Program-made: the position numbers and the translations under genes
Notes under the pieces: model-generated
The model's database searches: none
Told to the model about the DNA's origin: nothing
Seen by the model: the letters and a program-made list of their open reading frames with translations, nothing else
Shown: positions 20,130-29,807 of the stretch, piece after piece
Layout: each line of letters opens with the position of its first letter
Position numbering within the stretch: position 1 is the stretch's first letter
IMG/VR virus record: IMGVR_UViG_3300032288_003839
Source of the DNA: an uncultured virus (IMG/VR IMGVR_UViG_3300032288_003839)
Taxonomy: Duplodnaviria; Heunggongvirae; Uroviricota; Caudoviricetes
Length of the DNA stretch: 62,281 nt
Reading direction: 5' to 3' (one strand)

Positions 20130-20816
20130 CTAATAGTTTATCAAACCTATTTGAATATTAACATTGATATTTCTATTTTCATTCCACGGCATTGCTGACC
20201 CAGCTACTAAATATGATATATCAAAATATCCTCTTTTATATTCTAACATATTGACAAGACTATGCGATATATCATCTACTAAATTTGTTAATTCTTGCTC
20301 ATCAGTAGTTAGTTCAGATTTAAGTGATCTTATTCTTTTTTTAGTAATTTCATTTTTATCAAACTCACATCTTATTGATATATTACCTTTCCAATTTTCA
20401 TTTATCATTTTATGTAATGAAATTCTTATATCATGTTGATGAGGATCCACCTCATCATAAATATCATTCTCTAATGTTGTTAGTTCAAATCCCATATCAT
20501 ATAAGTCAACTAAAGATTCATTTATTATATGGATTTGATCCATACTCAAATTTTCTTTTTGATTAATAGATTCTTTAACCTTTGTGATACCCTTAGCTGG
20601 CTCTAAAAATCTCATATCAGATACTTCATTGGGTTTACCTTTTTTAATCTTCTTACCTTTTTTATCAAATAAATATGATGTTATATCTCCTGAGCCAGAT
20701 GTACCAGTAGTACCAGGTAAAGCACCTGGTTGAGCATTTGAAACTCCACCCATTCCAGCAGTTGACGCGGTAGCAACAGCATCTTCATTAAATTGTTTAT
20801 ATGTTTTAATCTTCAT
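20130..20816 (-). CDS. Hypothetical protein with N-terminal tag and Gly/Ala/Thr-rich segment
   Basis: Starts MKIKTYKQFNED, then ATASTAGMGGV..QPG..PG..G..GSGD. Confidence 0.75.
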   Translation of the reverse strand: MKIKTYKQFNEDAVATASTAGMGGVSNAQPGALPGTTGTSGSGDITSYLFDKKGKKIKKGKPNEVSDMRFLEPAKGITKVKESINQKENLSMDQIHIINESLVDLYDMGFELTTLENDIYDEVDPHQHDIRISLHKMINENWKGNISIRCEFDKNEITKKRIRSLKSELTTDEQELTNLVDDISHSLVNMLEYKRGYFDISYLVAGSAMPWNENRNINVNIQIGLINY

Positions 20817-21051
20817 ATGTTATACTTACTTCTTCTATGTTATTAGAACCACATGCTCTACAAACATCTTCATCATAATTTAAAGAATCAAATTCAGTTC
20901 CACAATCATTACACTTAAATGGGAATAGTTTAAGAGGCTTTACAACCCCACCAACCTCAATTGTATTTGGTTTATCATTTATACCTCTTTTGTAGGCATA
21001 AAGTGATCCAGCCCAAGCATCAGATTCATTAAATTTTTTTAGATACTTCAT
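20806..21051 (-). CDS. Zinc-ribbon protein with N-terminal tag
   Basis: Starts MKYLKKFNES; CNDCG..F...CRACGS. Confidence 0.75.
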   Translation of the reverse strand: MKYLKKFNESDAWAGSLYAYKRGINDKPNTIEVGGVVKPLKLFPFKCNDCGTEFDSLNYDEDVCRACGSNNIEEVSITYED

Positions 21052-21087
21052 TTTGTATATATTAAATTTTTAATTATATTTGTAGGT

Positions 21088-21645
21088 ATGAAACAAATCT
21101 TAAAAAACCTACTAATTGTTATCATAGGTATAACAATTGGATTTTCAGTTTGTTATATAATAGACAGAAAATTAGAATCTAAAACACATGATATTGTCAT
21201 TCATAAAAACATTGACAAAGACTTACCACCATCACTCCGTGTCTACTATTGGATAAACTATTATTCAGACTCACTTGATATTCCGGTTGAATATCTTTAT
21301 GGTATTGCAAATACTGAGTCTACTTGGCAAGGTCCACTTGACTTTAAATATAAACCAAATGTCAGATCATCAGTTGGTGCCTTGGGTCCAATGCAAATCA
21401 TGCCGTCTACAGCTAAATGGATTTTAGGGAAACCAGTAACATCAAAAAGATTAGCAAATGATATTCAGTTAAATGTAATGATATCTGCTATATTGGTTAA
21501 AAAATTATATGATAAAAGTAAGGATTGGAAACTTGTATTTGGTGAATATAATACGGGTAAGTCAATTATAAACTCTTATTCAGAAAAAGTATATAACTAT
21601 CAACCAAACTGGGGTGACTCAGTAATTGTAAATTTAAATAACTAA
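21088..21645 (+). CDS. Membrane-anchored lytic transglycosylase (SLT domain)
   Basis: N-terminal TM; IANTES; S.VGALGPMQIMPSTA; EYNTG. Confidence 0.88.
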   Translation: MKQILKNLLIVIIGITIGFSVCYIIDRKLESKTHDIVIHKNIDKDLPPSLRVYYWINYYSDSLDIPVEYLYGIANTESTWQGPLDFKYKPNVRSSVGALGPMQIMPSTAKWILGKPVTSKRLANDIQLNVMISAILVKKLYDKSKDWKLVFGEYNTGKSIINSYSEKVYNYQPNWGDSVIVNLNN

Positions 21646-21649
21646 AAAT

Positions 21650-22375
21650 ATGCCAAACTGGACATACAACAATTTAAGAATTTCAGGAAGTCCTGAAAAA
21701 ATGAAAGAGTTTTATTCTATTGCGATAAAACCAAATATCAATAATGAAATGTCATTTAGATTCTCTAACATTTTCCCAATGCCTGAGAAGATTAAAAACA
21801 CAGTCTCTCCTAGTTCTTCAGCCAGAAATGTCAAGTGGATGAATGAAGATAAGATAGCAGCTGAAAGAGAAAGTAAAATCAGTGATGTGTTAGGAATAGA
21901 ACCATCAGTTGTTTTAATTCCTTGTGAGAATAATACACCAGAAAAATGCAAAGAACTTATAAGAGAATATGGTTCCGATAACTGGTATGATTGGAATGTT
22001 TCAAACTATGGAACAAAATGGGATGTTGAAGAATTAGCACATGATATTGATATGTCAGATGATGAATTTGTATGTTCATTTGACACAGCTTGGTCACCTC
22101 CAGCAAACTTCTTAAATAAACTACAAGATAAATTTCCTGAACTAGATATTAGATGTTCCTATACATTAGAAGGTTCTGATGATTGTGGATTATTTGAAAC
22201 TTGTAGATATGAGGAAGATGGTAAACAAGTTGTTACTTTGGAACTTGAAGAGGCTGAAGCTAGAATTATATCCGGTGATGGTAGAGAAGTCTATATGAGT
22301 GAAGATGGTGATTATAAATATTGTGATAATGATGAAATCTGCGAAGATTGGTATACTGAAAACCCATTTGATTAA
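21650..22375 (+). CDS. DUF1281/YubB ferredoxin-like domain protein
   Basis: MPNW..N.L.I.G; WYDWN..NYGTKWD; FDTAWSPP; carries an internal tag-like ERESKISDVLGI. Confidence 0.8.
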   Translation: MPNWTYNNLRISGSPEKMKEFYSIAIKPNINNEMSFRFSNIFPMPEKIKNTVSPSSSARNVKWMNEDKIAAERESKISDVLGIEPSVVLIPCENNTPEKCKELIREYGSDNWYDWNVSNYGTKWDVEELAHDIDMSDDEFVCSFDTAWSPPANFLNKLQDKFPELDIRCSYTLEGSDDCGLFETCRYEEDGKQVVTLELEEAEARIISGDGREVYMSEDGDYKYCDNDEICEDWYTENPFD

Positions 22376-22590
22376 TGAAGATAGATTTACATGGAGTTAA
22401 ACACGAAGATGTAAAAAGAAAACTAGATGTATTCTTTTGGGAATCAATGCAAAAGAATATGGGACAGGTTGAAGTAGTAACCGGACATAGTATCAAAATG
22501 AAAGAGATAGTTTATGAGGTTTGTCAGGAATACGGATTTTCAGTAAAAGAAGGATTAATTAATAAAGGCTATTTAATTATTGATATTTAG
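22375..22590 (+). CDS. Stand-alone Smr-domain protein
   Basis: KIDLHG; VVTGHS..MK..V; N.G. Confidence 0.75.
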   Translation: MKIDLHGVKHEDVKRKLDVFFWESMQKNMGQVEVVTGHSIKMKEIVYEVCQEYGFSVKEGLINKGYLIIDI

Positions 22591-23243
22591 TCAAAACAAT
22601 ATTTAAGATATAACTCTTTTAGATTTTCAGGAACATTATAATAATCCATTTCAAATGTCTTAGGCATTTGAGACCAAACTTCTTTAATTTGATAAGGTGC
22701 CTTACCAGTAACATTCCATTTTCTTACTTCTTTCAACATAGTATAGAATAAAATATAAGAGTTAGCTTTTTGAGTTTCTTCTTCAATGTTTATTGGTAAA
22801 TTATAGATTTTAGCTTTTTCGATAGTTCTTCTTTCACAGTCAGATTCAACCTCTATAGATCTTTTAATAAAATCATCTAATTGTTCAGAAGTAAATTCTT
22901 TACCATTTAACCACTCATCTATATAATCAACTGATTCTTTACCATCTATAAAGTTACCAGTCCAAGCCGGTGAGTTCTCAATCCATTGATCCATATGACA
23001 AGACTCATGTGCTAAGACCATAGCGAATTCATCTTTTGGTTTACCCATAGCAACTGCTAAAGTTGGATTACCATAGTCTACAAAATATCCACTACATGGA
23101 AAACCACCAATGATATAAGGAACTGTTTTAGTATCTTCAAATATAATTTTAACACCGTGTTCTTCTCCGATCTTTTTAGTATCTTCTATTAGTTTATCAA
23201 TTAGGTCTTGATTGAACTCTTCGTATAGTTTTAAATATTTCAT
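22587..23243 (-). CDS. HExxH protein with N-terminal tag
   Basis: LAHESCHMDQW; E.DCERR; starts MKYLKLYEEFN. Confidence 0.7.
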   Translation of the reverse strand: MKYLKLYEEFNQDLIDKLIEDTKKIGEEHGVKIIFEDTKTVPYIIGGFPCSGYFVDYGNPTLAVAMGKPKDEFAMVLAHESCHMDQWIENSPAWTGNFIDGKESVDYIDEWLNGKEFTSEQLDDFIKRSIEVESDCERRTIEKAKIYNLPINIEEETQKANSYILFYTMLKEVRKWNVTGKAPYQIKEVWSQMPKTFEMDYYNVPENLKELYLKYCFD

Positions 23244-23311
23244 ATATTTATATATAAATTTGGTGAATTAATTTTTTGTCCTTATATTTATAAAAATAAA
23301 TAAATAAAATC

Positions 23312-23410
23312 ATGATAGAAATTATTATAGGAATAATGACACCAGTTTTACTAATTGGTACATTAGCATTTTTTTACTTCAAAGATAAGAAAAACGGAAA
23401 GAAGTGGTAA
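23312..23410 (+). CDS. Small single-TM peptide (32 aa), absent from the ORF track
   Basis: MIEIIIGIMTPVLLIGTLAFFYFKDKKNGKKW; A-rich initiation region; TATATTTA variant upstream. Confidence 0.55.
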   Translation: MIEIIIGIMTPVLLIGTLAFFYFKDKKNGKKW

Positions 23411-23413
23411 TCA

Positions 23414-23692
23414 CTAAAGATACTTTATTGTAGACTTAGTAGATTTAAGTTGTTTTATGCTCATAAAACCACCATTACTTAATTCCAAATCTTTTAATAT
23501 TTGATCTAAGATTATCTTTGGATTCTGACCGGAATCATAACAAGTCATTATATCATCTTCATAACTAGAGATTATCTCACCTAAATCAATAGGTCTGATA
23601 TTATAATTTCCCAATCCCTTAGTTATATAATCAAAGTACTCTTCAATAGAATATACTGACTCAAATATCTTATATGACTTTATATATCTCAT
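23414..23692 (-). CDS. Hypothetical protein with N-terminal tag
   Basis: Start revised to 23692 (MRYIKSYKIFES), coupled to the upstream stop. Confidence 0.7.
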   Translation of the reverse strand: MRYIKSYKIFESVYSIEEYFDYITKGLGNYNIRPIDLGEIISSYEDDIMTCYDSGQNPKIILDQILKDLELSNGGFMSIKQLKSTKSTIKYL

Positions 23693-25215
23693 TAGGTACA
23701 ATCTGGACAATCATATTCACCTGCTCCATTACAGTTCTCACACTCTACTTCTCCTCTTCCACCACAGTCATCACACTCTTCTTTTCCTTTACCATTGCAA
23801 TCTGAGCAATCAATGTTTCCTTTTCCAGAACAATCTGGACACTCTACTTCATTACCTTCAGAATCTTCAATGTTACCAGACCCATCGCAGTTACTACAAT
23901 CTACTTCACCATTTCCATCACAGTTACTACACTCTATTTCACCATCTCCACCACAATTAGAACATTCTTGTTCACCATTACCACCACAGTCATAACATTC
24001 AATTCTTCCAGATCCACCGCAGTTATCACATCTGCTATAATCACCACCTGTATCTTCTAATGTATATTCACCTTTGTGGCTATTGTTAGATATGATACCA
24101 GAATCAGGTGACCAATATTTAAGTGTGTCTAGATAAGGATATCTCTTATAGTATCCTTTTCTTATATTTACAGTTAGGTCTAATCTAACTGTATTTCCTT
24201 CTGGATCAAAAGCTTGACCAGAATCAGTACTTGAATTATGATATTTATAATACCATCCATTTTCTTTTGCATATTGTCTAAATAATTGAATATCAGAATC
24301 ATTTGATGTGTAAATTCTATCCATAAATTTCTTACCATCATTTAGAGTCCAAAGAAGAGCTCTTCCTAAGATAGTATCAGGATTATCAGGACATTTATAG
24401 ATAATTAAACTGATTCTATCGGGGTTACTCATATAAATATCAAAATAATTAGAATCAACACTAGCCATACATGAACTACCTAATTGACCACTTCTAACAT
24501 AATAATTATCAGAGTTATACCAATATCCAATATCATTTCCTTTTACTTCTTCGAAGAAAAAGAATTTATCATTTAACTTATCAATAGCTGACTTATAAAG
24601 ATTAACAAACTCTTCTAATTCTTTATCAACTATTTTCTCACCAGTTGATGATAAAAGTGCTCTTATACCTCTACCTACACCAATTTCTTGACGACCTCTT
24701 CCCCAAAGTTTAGCAGATGAGTCATCAACAACTGTTAACTTTTGTTGGTTATAAACACCTTCACCATTTTGAAACTTAACCCAAACCCAAGTTTTACCAG
24801 AAGTTGGAGAAACAATCTTTTTAACTACCTCACCTATATCAGATGATTGTGGTTTATAAGGAGCATCTGCCTGTGGCTTGTATCCTAATAAATCAAAAAT
24901 TGCACCATTTTCGGTAATGTTGTGAGTTAACCAACCACCATCACCACGAAATGAAACCATTTCTTTAGAGTTATCTTTTAATATTTCTTGAGCCTTTCTA
25001 TCGGGAAGAAATGTTATTGTATCATTCTTATCTTTAAGAATGTCAAAGTAATTTGATCTTACTGGAAGATCTTTATTTTCAATTTCTAATAATTTACTTG
25101 AGATAGGACTTTGTATGTTACTTATTACTTTTCTGAATTTATCAGAGTAAACAACATCTGATTCTAATAAAAATTCAAAGGATTCTCCAATGAAGTCTAA
25201 ATATCTTTTAATCAT
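23692..25215 (-). CDS. Tagged protein with SCM/RALLW/MDRIY domain and C-terminal DnaJ-type zinc-finger repeats
   Basis: Nine CxxCxGxG repeats plus a terminal CPDC; GSSCM...GRALLW...FMDRIY. Confidence 0.8.
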   Translation of the reverse strand: MIKRYLDFIGESFEFLLESDVVYSDKFRKVISNIQSPISSKLLEIENKDLPVRSNYFDILKDKNDTITFLPDRKAQEILKDNSKEMVSFRGDGGWLTHNITENGAIFDLLGYKPQADAPYKPQSSDIGEVVKKIVSPTSGKTWVWVKFQNGEGVYNQQKLTVVDDSSAKLWGRGRQEIGVGRGIRALLSSTGEKIVDKELEEFVNLYKSAIDKLNDKFFFFEEVKGNDIGYWYNSDNYYVRSGQLGSSCMASVDSNYFDIYMSNPDRISLIIYKCPDNPDTILGRALLWTLNDGKKFMDRIYTSNDSDIQLFRQYAKENGWYYKYHNSSTDSGQAFDPEGNTVRLDLTVNIRKGYYKRYPYLDTLKYWSPDSGIISNNSHKGEYTLEDTGGDYSRCDNCGGSGRIECYDCGGNGEQECSNCGGDGEIECSNCDGNGEVDCSNCDGSGNIEDSEGNEVECPDCSGKGNIDCSDCNGKGKEECDDCGGRGEVECENCNGAGEYDCPDCT

Positions 25216-25307
25216 TTGGTTTAGTTCAATTTTTATTATATATTATTTTAATAAAATACAAAAAATGAATTTTATGTTTTAATATATATATTACATAAAA
25301 AATAATT

Positions 25308-25895
25308 ATGAGTATGAAATACATCAAAACATTTGAAAACTATAAAATTAATGAGAGTGAAGAAGTAGAACTTCCTAAGACTGAAGAAATCATTAAACAA
25401 AAAGTTGAAGCACTTTCAGAAGAAGATAAAAATAAAGCTAGAGAAGAAATATTAGCATTAGCTAGTAAACTTGGATTATCTCCAGAAGATATGACTGATG
25501 CTTCTAAAGTAGAAGCTGCTCTTTCTAAAAAAGAATCTGAACTTAAATTAGAATCTATTTCTGTTAATGAAGGTATAAAAGAATGGTGGGATAAAGCTAA
25601 AAATAAATTCTATAAGTGGTTAACATACACAGGTATTGGTGGTGTAGTTGGTGGTCTAATTACTCTTGCGATTGGTGGTTCAATGCAAGGAGGTGATACT
25701 AACTTAGCTGATTATACAGGAGCAACTGTTCATCCAAATACAGCAGTTATAGTTGGTGGTGTTGCAATGGCAATATCTTTAGTAGCAACTATTGTTGGTA
25801 TGAAGGGTCAAGAAACTCCAGTTACATCTGGTGGTGCTTTAACTGATAGACAAAAAGAAATTATTGCTAATAGAAAACGTAAATACGGTAGATAA
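25308..25895 (+). CDS. Tagged protein with two Gly-rich hydrophobic helices
   Basis: MKYIKTFENYKINES; internal SVNEG; two TM-like segments. Confidence 0.75.
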   Translation: MSMKYIKTFENYKINESEEVELPKTEEIIKQKVEALSEEDKNKAREEILALASKLGLSPEDMTDASKVEAALSKKESELKLESISVNEGIKEWWDKAKNKFYKWLTYTGIGGVVGGLITLAIGGSMQGGDTNLADYTGATVHPNTAVIVGGVAMAISLVATIVGMKGQETPVTSGGALTDRQKEIIANRKRKYGR

Positions 25896-25911
25896 TAAAT
25901 TATTTAAAAAT

Positions 25912-25941
25912 AAAAAACCTCAGATTTCTCTGAGGTTTTTT
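25912..25941. terminator. Bidirectional intrinsic terminator
   Basis: aaaaaacctcaga-tttc-tctgaggtttttt. Confidence 0.85.
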
Positions 25942-25942
25942 A

Positions 25943-26293
25943 TTATTTAGATTTTTCTTCTTTGATTTCATTCAAAACTTCAATAGTGTAGTCAAATTCA
26001 TCATAAGTATCTTTGCTATTTTTGAATAAAAATTTCTTGTATAATGTTTTGTATAAAACAAAGTGAGATACCATTAAAACAATACCAATTGATGCTGCAA
26101 CTTCTGCTCTAGAAGTAAACAAAGAGTAAACAATCATTGCTAAAAAAGGAATCATAGAAGTAACAAAGATAGTAGACTCAGAGTATAAGAATCTGATAAC
26201 TTTTGAAATCTTAATAGCGATGTTGATATTTTTAACAGTTTCGTTGTTGAACTCTTTTTGAATCTCTGCTCTTAAAGTTAATTTGTTTTTCAT
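25943..26293 (-). CDS. Two-TM membrane protein
   Basis: Hydrophobic segments; TATATTTG upstream. Confidence 0.7.
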   Translation of the reverse strand: MKNKLTLRAEIQKEFNNETVKNINIAIKISKVIRFLYSESTIFVTSMIPFLAMIVYSLFTSRAEVAASIGIVLMVSHFVLYKTLYKKFLFKNSKDTYDEFDYTIEVLNEIKEEKSK

Positions 26294-26346
26294 AATCTTT
26301 GTTTTTTTAGTGGTTAATTTTCTTATACAAATATAAGTTATATATT

Positions 26347-26592
26347 CTAATCCACCAAATTTTTTTTATCAAAATCTTCAAGATTTTTTCTAAATATCAT
26401 AAGTTTTTTAATCTTTAAAGAATAAAAAACCGAAACTATCATTAGTAACATAAAAACAAATAAAGCATTATTCAAAGGTTCCATGAATATTGACCAAATT
26501 GTTATTACTAATAAAGTAAGAACTAAGTAATTAAAAGGTTTAATTACTTTTTCACATTTTTGAATTTCTGAAATTAATTTACTTCTTTCCAT
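26347..26592 (-). CDS. Two-TM membrane protein
   Basis: Hydrophobic segments. Confidence 0.65.
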   Translation of the reverse strand: MERSKLISEIQKCEKVIKPFNYLVLTLLVITIWSIFMEPLNNALFVFMLLMIVSVFYSLKIKKLMIFRKNLEDFDKKNLVD

Positions 26593-26818
26593 CTATTTTC
26601 TCTAATTCCTTTTTAATAGTATCATCTATACCTGATATCTTTAGTGACCATTGAGTTATGAAAAAGTTTAAACATAAAAAAATTAATTGTAAGGGTAAAT
26701 TATCTGGAGTGAATTCAAACAAAAAATTAATACCAAATATCTTGAACATAATAGCAAACTCTAGCATTCCTATTATATGATGTATTCCTCTATAATTTCT
26801 CAAATAAAACATTTTCAT
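26579..26818 (-). CDS. Two-TM membrane protein
   Basis: Hydrophobic segments. Confidence 0.65.
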   Translation of the reverse strand: MKMFYLRNYRGIHHIIGMLEFAIMFKIFGINFLFEFTPDNLPLQLIFLCLNFFITQWSLKISGIDDTIKKELEKIDGKK

Positions 26819-26851
26819 AGAAATTATATAAAAAATTAGTATATTTGTTAT

Positions 26852-27028
26852 ATGAAAGATATAAATAAATTAGATAACTATGACTTACTAGAACACTTCA
26901 AAGACGCTATTAAAGACAGGCATTATAATCCAGGTAGTGTAGATTATAATACATCTGGCTTTAAATTATGTGAGTTGGAACAAGAAGTAATGCGTAGAAT
27001 GAAAGAAAATGACACAGAAAGAATATGA
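26852..27028 (+). CDS. Hypothetical protein (58 aa), absent from the ORF track
   Basis: MKDINKLDNYDLLEHF...; ATG 4 nt after TATATTTG at 26840. Confidence 0.65.
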   Translation: MKDINKLDNYDLLEHFKDAIKDRHYNPGSVDYNTSGFKLCELEQEVMRRMKENDTERI

Positions 27029-27344
27029 TAGAGCTATTGACCATGAAATATCTTGGTTAAGATATTATGCTCTAAGATCAACAAGAGAATTATTGAACAA
27101 TGAATCAAATTTATATAAAGACTTAGTTTCAATTGGATATACTAAAAAAGTTATACCACTTTGGCTAAGATGTCCTTATTGTATTGTAACATCAAGTAGT
27201 AAAATTGATCCGAATACAACTATTGAAGAACTTGAAATAGTTAGAGAACCAAAGGATAACGAAAGTAACAGATATACTGCTTTAGAGTTTGAGTGGTTAA
27301 ATCCTAATAAAAGAGAAGACATTATTAAAAAACTAAATGATTAA
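27009..27344 (+). CDS. Hypothetical protein
   Basis: Operon-coupled ORF. Confidence 0.65.
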   Translation: MTQKEYDRAIDHEISWLRYYALRSTRELLNNESNLYKDLVSIGYTKKVIPLWLRCPYCIVTSSSKIDPNTTIEELEIVREPKDNESNRYTALEFEWLNPNKREDIIKKLND

Positions 27345-27651
27345 GATATTCTCATACGGAACTTTATATGACAAAGATATTCAACTATCTGAATTTGGAA
27401 CACATTTTCATGTAGAAGATGATATGGATTATATTGGCGGATATGATATAATTAAAGTTAAAATAAATGGTGAATGGTATAAGGTTGCTGTAGAATCTGA
27501 AACTAGTTTAGTTTCAGGTGCTATTGTTCATATACCAGAGTCACATATAGATTTGATAGATAAGTATGAGGGTAAAGAATATGAAAGAAAACCTATTACA
27601 ACTTTATCTGGTGTTGATTGTCAAATTTATATAAAGAGAGTAGATAAATGA
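27337..27651 (+). CDS. Gamma-glutamylcyclotransferase (AIG2-like)
   Basis: IFSYGTL; IDKYEG.EYER. Confidence 0.75.
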   Translation: MIKIFSYGTLYDKDIQLSEFGTHFHVEDDMDYIGGYDIIKVKINGEWYKVAVESETSLVSGAIVHIPESHIDLIDKYEGKEYERKPITTLSGVDCQIYIKRVDK

Positions 27652-27923
27652 GTTATATTAATCCACCATCAGATGAAATTTTAGAAGTGATTAGAAAACA
27701 CTTTGCTAAAGAATATGGAGTAAATCCAGGTAGAATAGAAATAGATTCAATTGAGTCTTATAAAAATGATGAAGGTGATTTAGAATATTATTTAAATTTC
27801 ACAATTGATTGGTATGGAAGTTATGAAGAGTATTGGGGTGAGATAACACACAATGAAGTGATTGAGGATATGAGAGATAATAAACTAAATAGCATATTAA
27901 AATATAATAACAATGAGAAGTAA
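27648..27923 (+). CDS. Hypothetical protein with C-terminal RxxKL tag
   Basis: MRDNKLNSILK near the C-terminus. Confidence 0.7.
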   Translation: MSYINPPSDEILEVIRKHFAKEYGVNPGRIEIDSIESYKNDEGDLEYYLNFTIDWYGSYEEYWGEITHNEVIEDMRDNKLNSILKYNNNEK

Positions 27924-28374
27924 AATAGATATTAATGAAGTAGCAAACATAACTAAATCAATTAGTCTTTATTATGATTTAGCTAGTTCATTTTACGGAC
28001 TTGATCCATCACAAAAAGAAACATTACAACCATATTGGGATAAGGCGTGCTCTTATTCTAAAGATGGTAAATATATGGACTATCAATCCAATTCTATATG
28101 GGAAAATATTGACTTACATGTAGTTAAACAAATGTGGGGTTCTACTTCTTGTGGTTGGGGTGGTATCGGTGGTGCGGCTATGTCTGAAAGTTATACAACT
28201 ATTATATACAATAGGACATTAGGTGGTGTATTTATATTTTATTCTGGTCAGTTGGCTTATGTTGCACAGGATAGTGATAAAATGAAACCTTATATTGAAT
28301 CTGAGTTTAAGGGTCTACCTGGCTTAGATAGTTGTAAATCAAAATTAGATATAATTTATAAAAAGAAAAGATAA
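27913..28374 (+). CDS. Conserved-looking hypothetical protein
   Basis: QMWGSTSCGWGGIGGAAMS.SYT motif. Confidence 0.7.
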   Translation: MRSKIDINEVANITKSISLYYDLASSFYGLDPSQKETLQPYWDKACSYSKDGKYMDYQSNSIWENIDLHVVKQMWGSTSCGWGGIGGAAMSESYTTIIYNRTLGGVFIFYSGQLAYVAQDSDKMKPYIESEFKGLPGLDSCKSKLDIIYKKKR

Positions 28375-28376
28375 AG

Positions 28377-28703
28377 ATGATAGATAAGAAAATATACTTG
28401 GCAATTCCTTATTCAGGACATGTAGATAAAAGTTTTAGATTAGCAAATGAAATCGCTGCTGAACTTATTCAAAAAGGATTTATAGTTTTCTCACCAATTA
28501 GTATGTCACATCCTATTGCGATATATGGTAAAATGAAAGGCAGTTGGGATGTTTGGAAAAGAATTGATATGGAATTCATCAAATGGTGTGATGAGGTTAT
28601 TGTTATTAATTTTGATAATAATGCTGTTGAGAAATCAATTGGAGTTCAAGCTGAAATAGATTTTGCAAAAGAATTGGGAAAGCCAGTAAAATACTACTAT
28701 TAG
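28377..28703 (+). CDS. DUF1937 / nucleoside deoxyribosyltransferase-like protein
   Basis: IYLAIPYS; VFSPISMSH; W..ID......CDEV; S.GV.AEI..A..LGKPV. Confidence 0.8.
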   Translation: MIDKKIYLAIPYSGHVDKSFRLANEIAAELIQKGFIVFSPISMSHPIAIYGKMKGSWDVWKRIDMEFIKWCDEVIVINFDNNAVEKSIGVQAEIDFAKELGKPVKYYY

Positions 28704-29413
28704 CCTAATTTAATTTTAGATATTTTATTTAAGTCGTTCTCACCGGTATAACTACTCATAATATCAAAGTGAACCAACTCACCATTTAAACGACCCATGT
28801 TACCACTATGTAAATCATTAGTTGATATATCATTACTTTCAAGTTTATCTTTTAGTTCAACAAGTTCTTTAATAAAAGACATTAACCCTTTTTTACTCAG
28901 TCCTAATTGACTAGCAATATCACTTATTTGATTCTTTGTAAAATTTTGGCCTCTATCAAGATCCTCCTCATCAAAGTTATCAAATCCGTTATCTATTAAT
29001 AGATTAAATATTTCCTTTTCTTTTTTAGTTAGACTTTCTGTTCTTTGCATTAGAATTGCCCAAATATCAAAATTTTTAGAATAAACAATATCATAGTATT
29101 CTATACAACCAGGAACTTTTTTATCTATTAAACCTTTAACTTCAGCTGCCTCAGATCTGTTAGAAGTCAATTTAATTATCTTATCACCATCTGCTATAAA
29201 AGCCATACCAAATGCACCAGCATTCATGTATTTTACTTTCTCAACCTTAAATCTCTTAACTAACTTCTTCATTAAATCATGTAAATTAGCATCCTTATCA
29301 CTGATATTACCCATAACAGAAGTAACACCACCGCGTCCACTTTTCCAGTGTTTTTTAATCTTACTAGATTTTTTAACACCTTTAAATCCTTCAAATGCTT
29401 GTAAGTAATTCAT
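28700..29413 (-). CDS. Protein-kinase-like protein with N-terminal tag
   Basis: AGAFGMAF; IIKLT....EA; DLHSGNMG; VHFD; starts MNYLQAFEGF. Confidence 0.75.
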   Translation of the reverse strand: MNYLQAFEGFKGVKKSSKIKKHWKSGRGGVTSVMGNISDKDANLHDLMKKLVKRFKVEKVKYMNAGAFGMAFIADGDKIIKLTSNRSEAAEVKGLIDKKVPGCIEYYDIVYSKNFDIWAILMQRTESLTKKEKEIFNLLIDNGFDNFDEEDLDRGQNFTKNQISDIASQLGLSKKGLMSFIKELVELKDKLESNDISTNDLHSGNMGRLNGELVHFDIMSSYTGENDLNKISKIKLG

Positions 29414-29489
29414 AAACTATATATTATTTTTATTAATGATTATTTAAATAAAAAAGTAAACTCTCTATCAATTATTTAATATATTTTAT

Positions 29490-29771
29490 ATGAAAATTAA
29501 ATTAAACAACGAAGAAGTTAGCAAGTTGGAATTATTTGTATTAGATGTAATTACAACCAATAAAATGAAAAGGCTTAAGAATAAATTTCTAAATGCCAAG
29601 GAAGAAAAACAATTTACCATAATTCATATATCCAATGATGAATATCTATTCCTTTTGGATTCTATAGAATCAAAAATGAACGAGAATATATTTAGTATCT
29701 ATGAAAGATTGATTTCCCAAGATAGTAAAGGTCTTATAAAGCCTATCTATATGACACCTGAAATTATTTAA
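29490..29771 (+). CDS. Hypothetical protein
   Basis: Class B motif upstream. Confidence 0.6.
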   Translation: MKIKLNNEEVSKLELFVLDVITTNKMKRLKNKFLNAKEEKQFTIIHISNDEYLFLLDSIESKMNENIFSIYERLISQDSKGLIKPIYMTPEII

Positions 29772-29807
29772 TTTTTTTATATTAATTAATTTTATTAAAT
29801 TTGTCCT

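Noticed and set aside
23692..24040. dnaJ chaperone gene
   Set aside because: Only the zinc-finger repeats are present; there is no HPD-containing J domain or DnaJ C-terminal domain.
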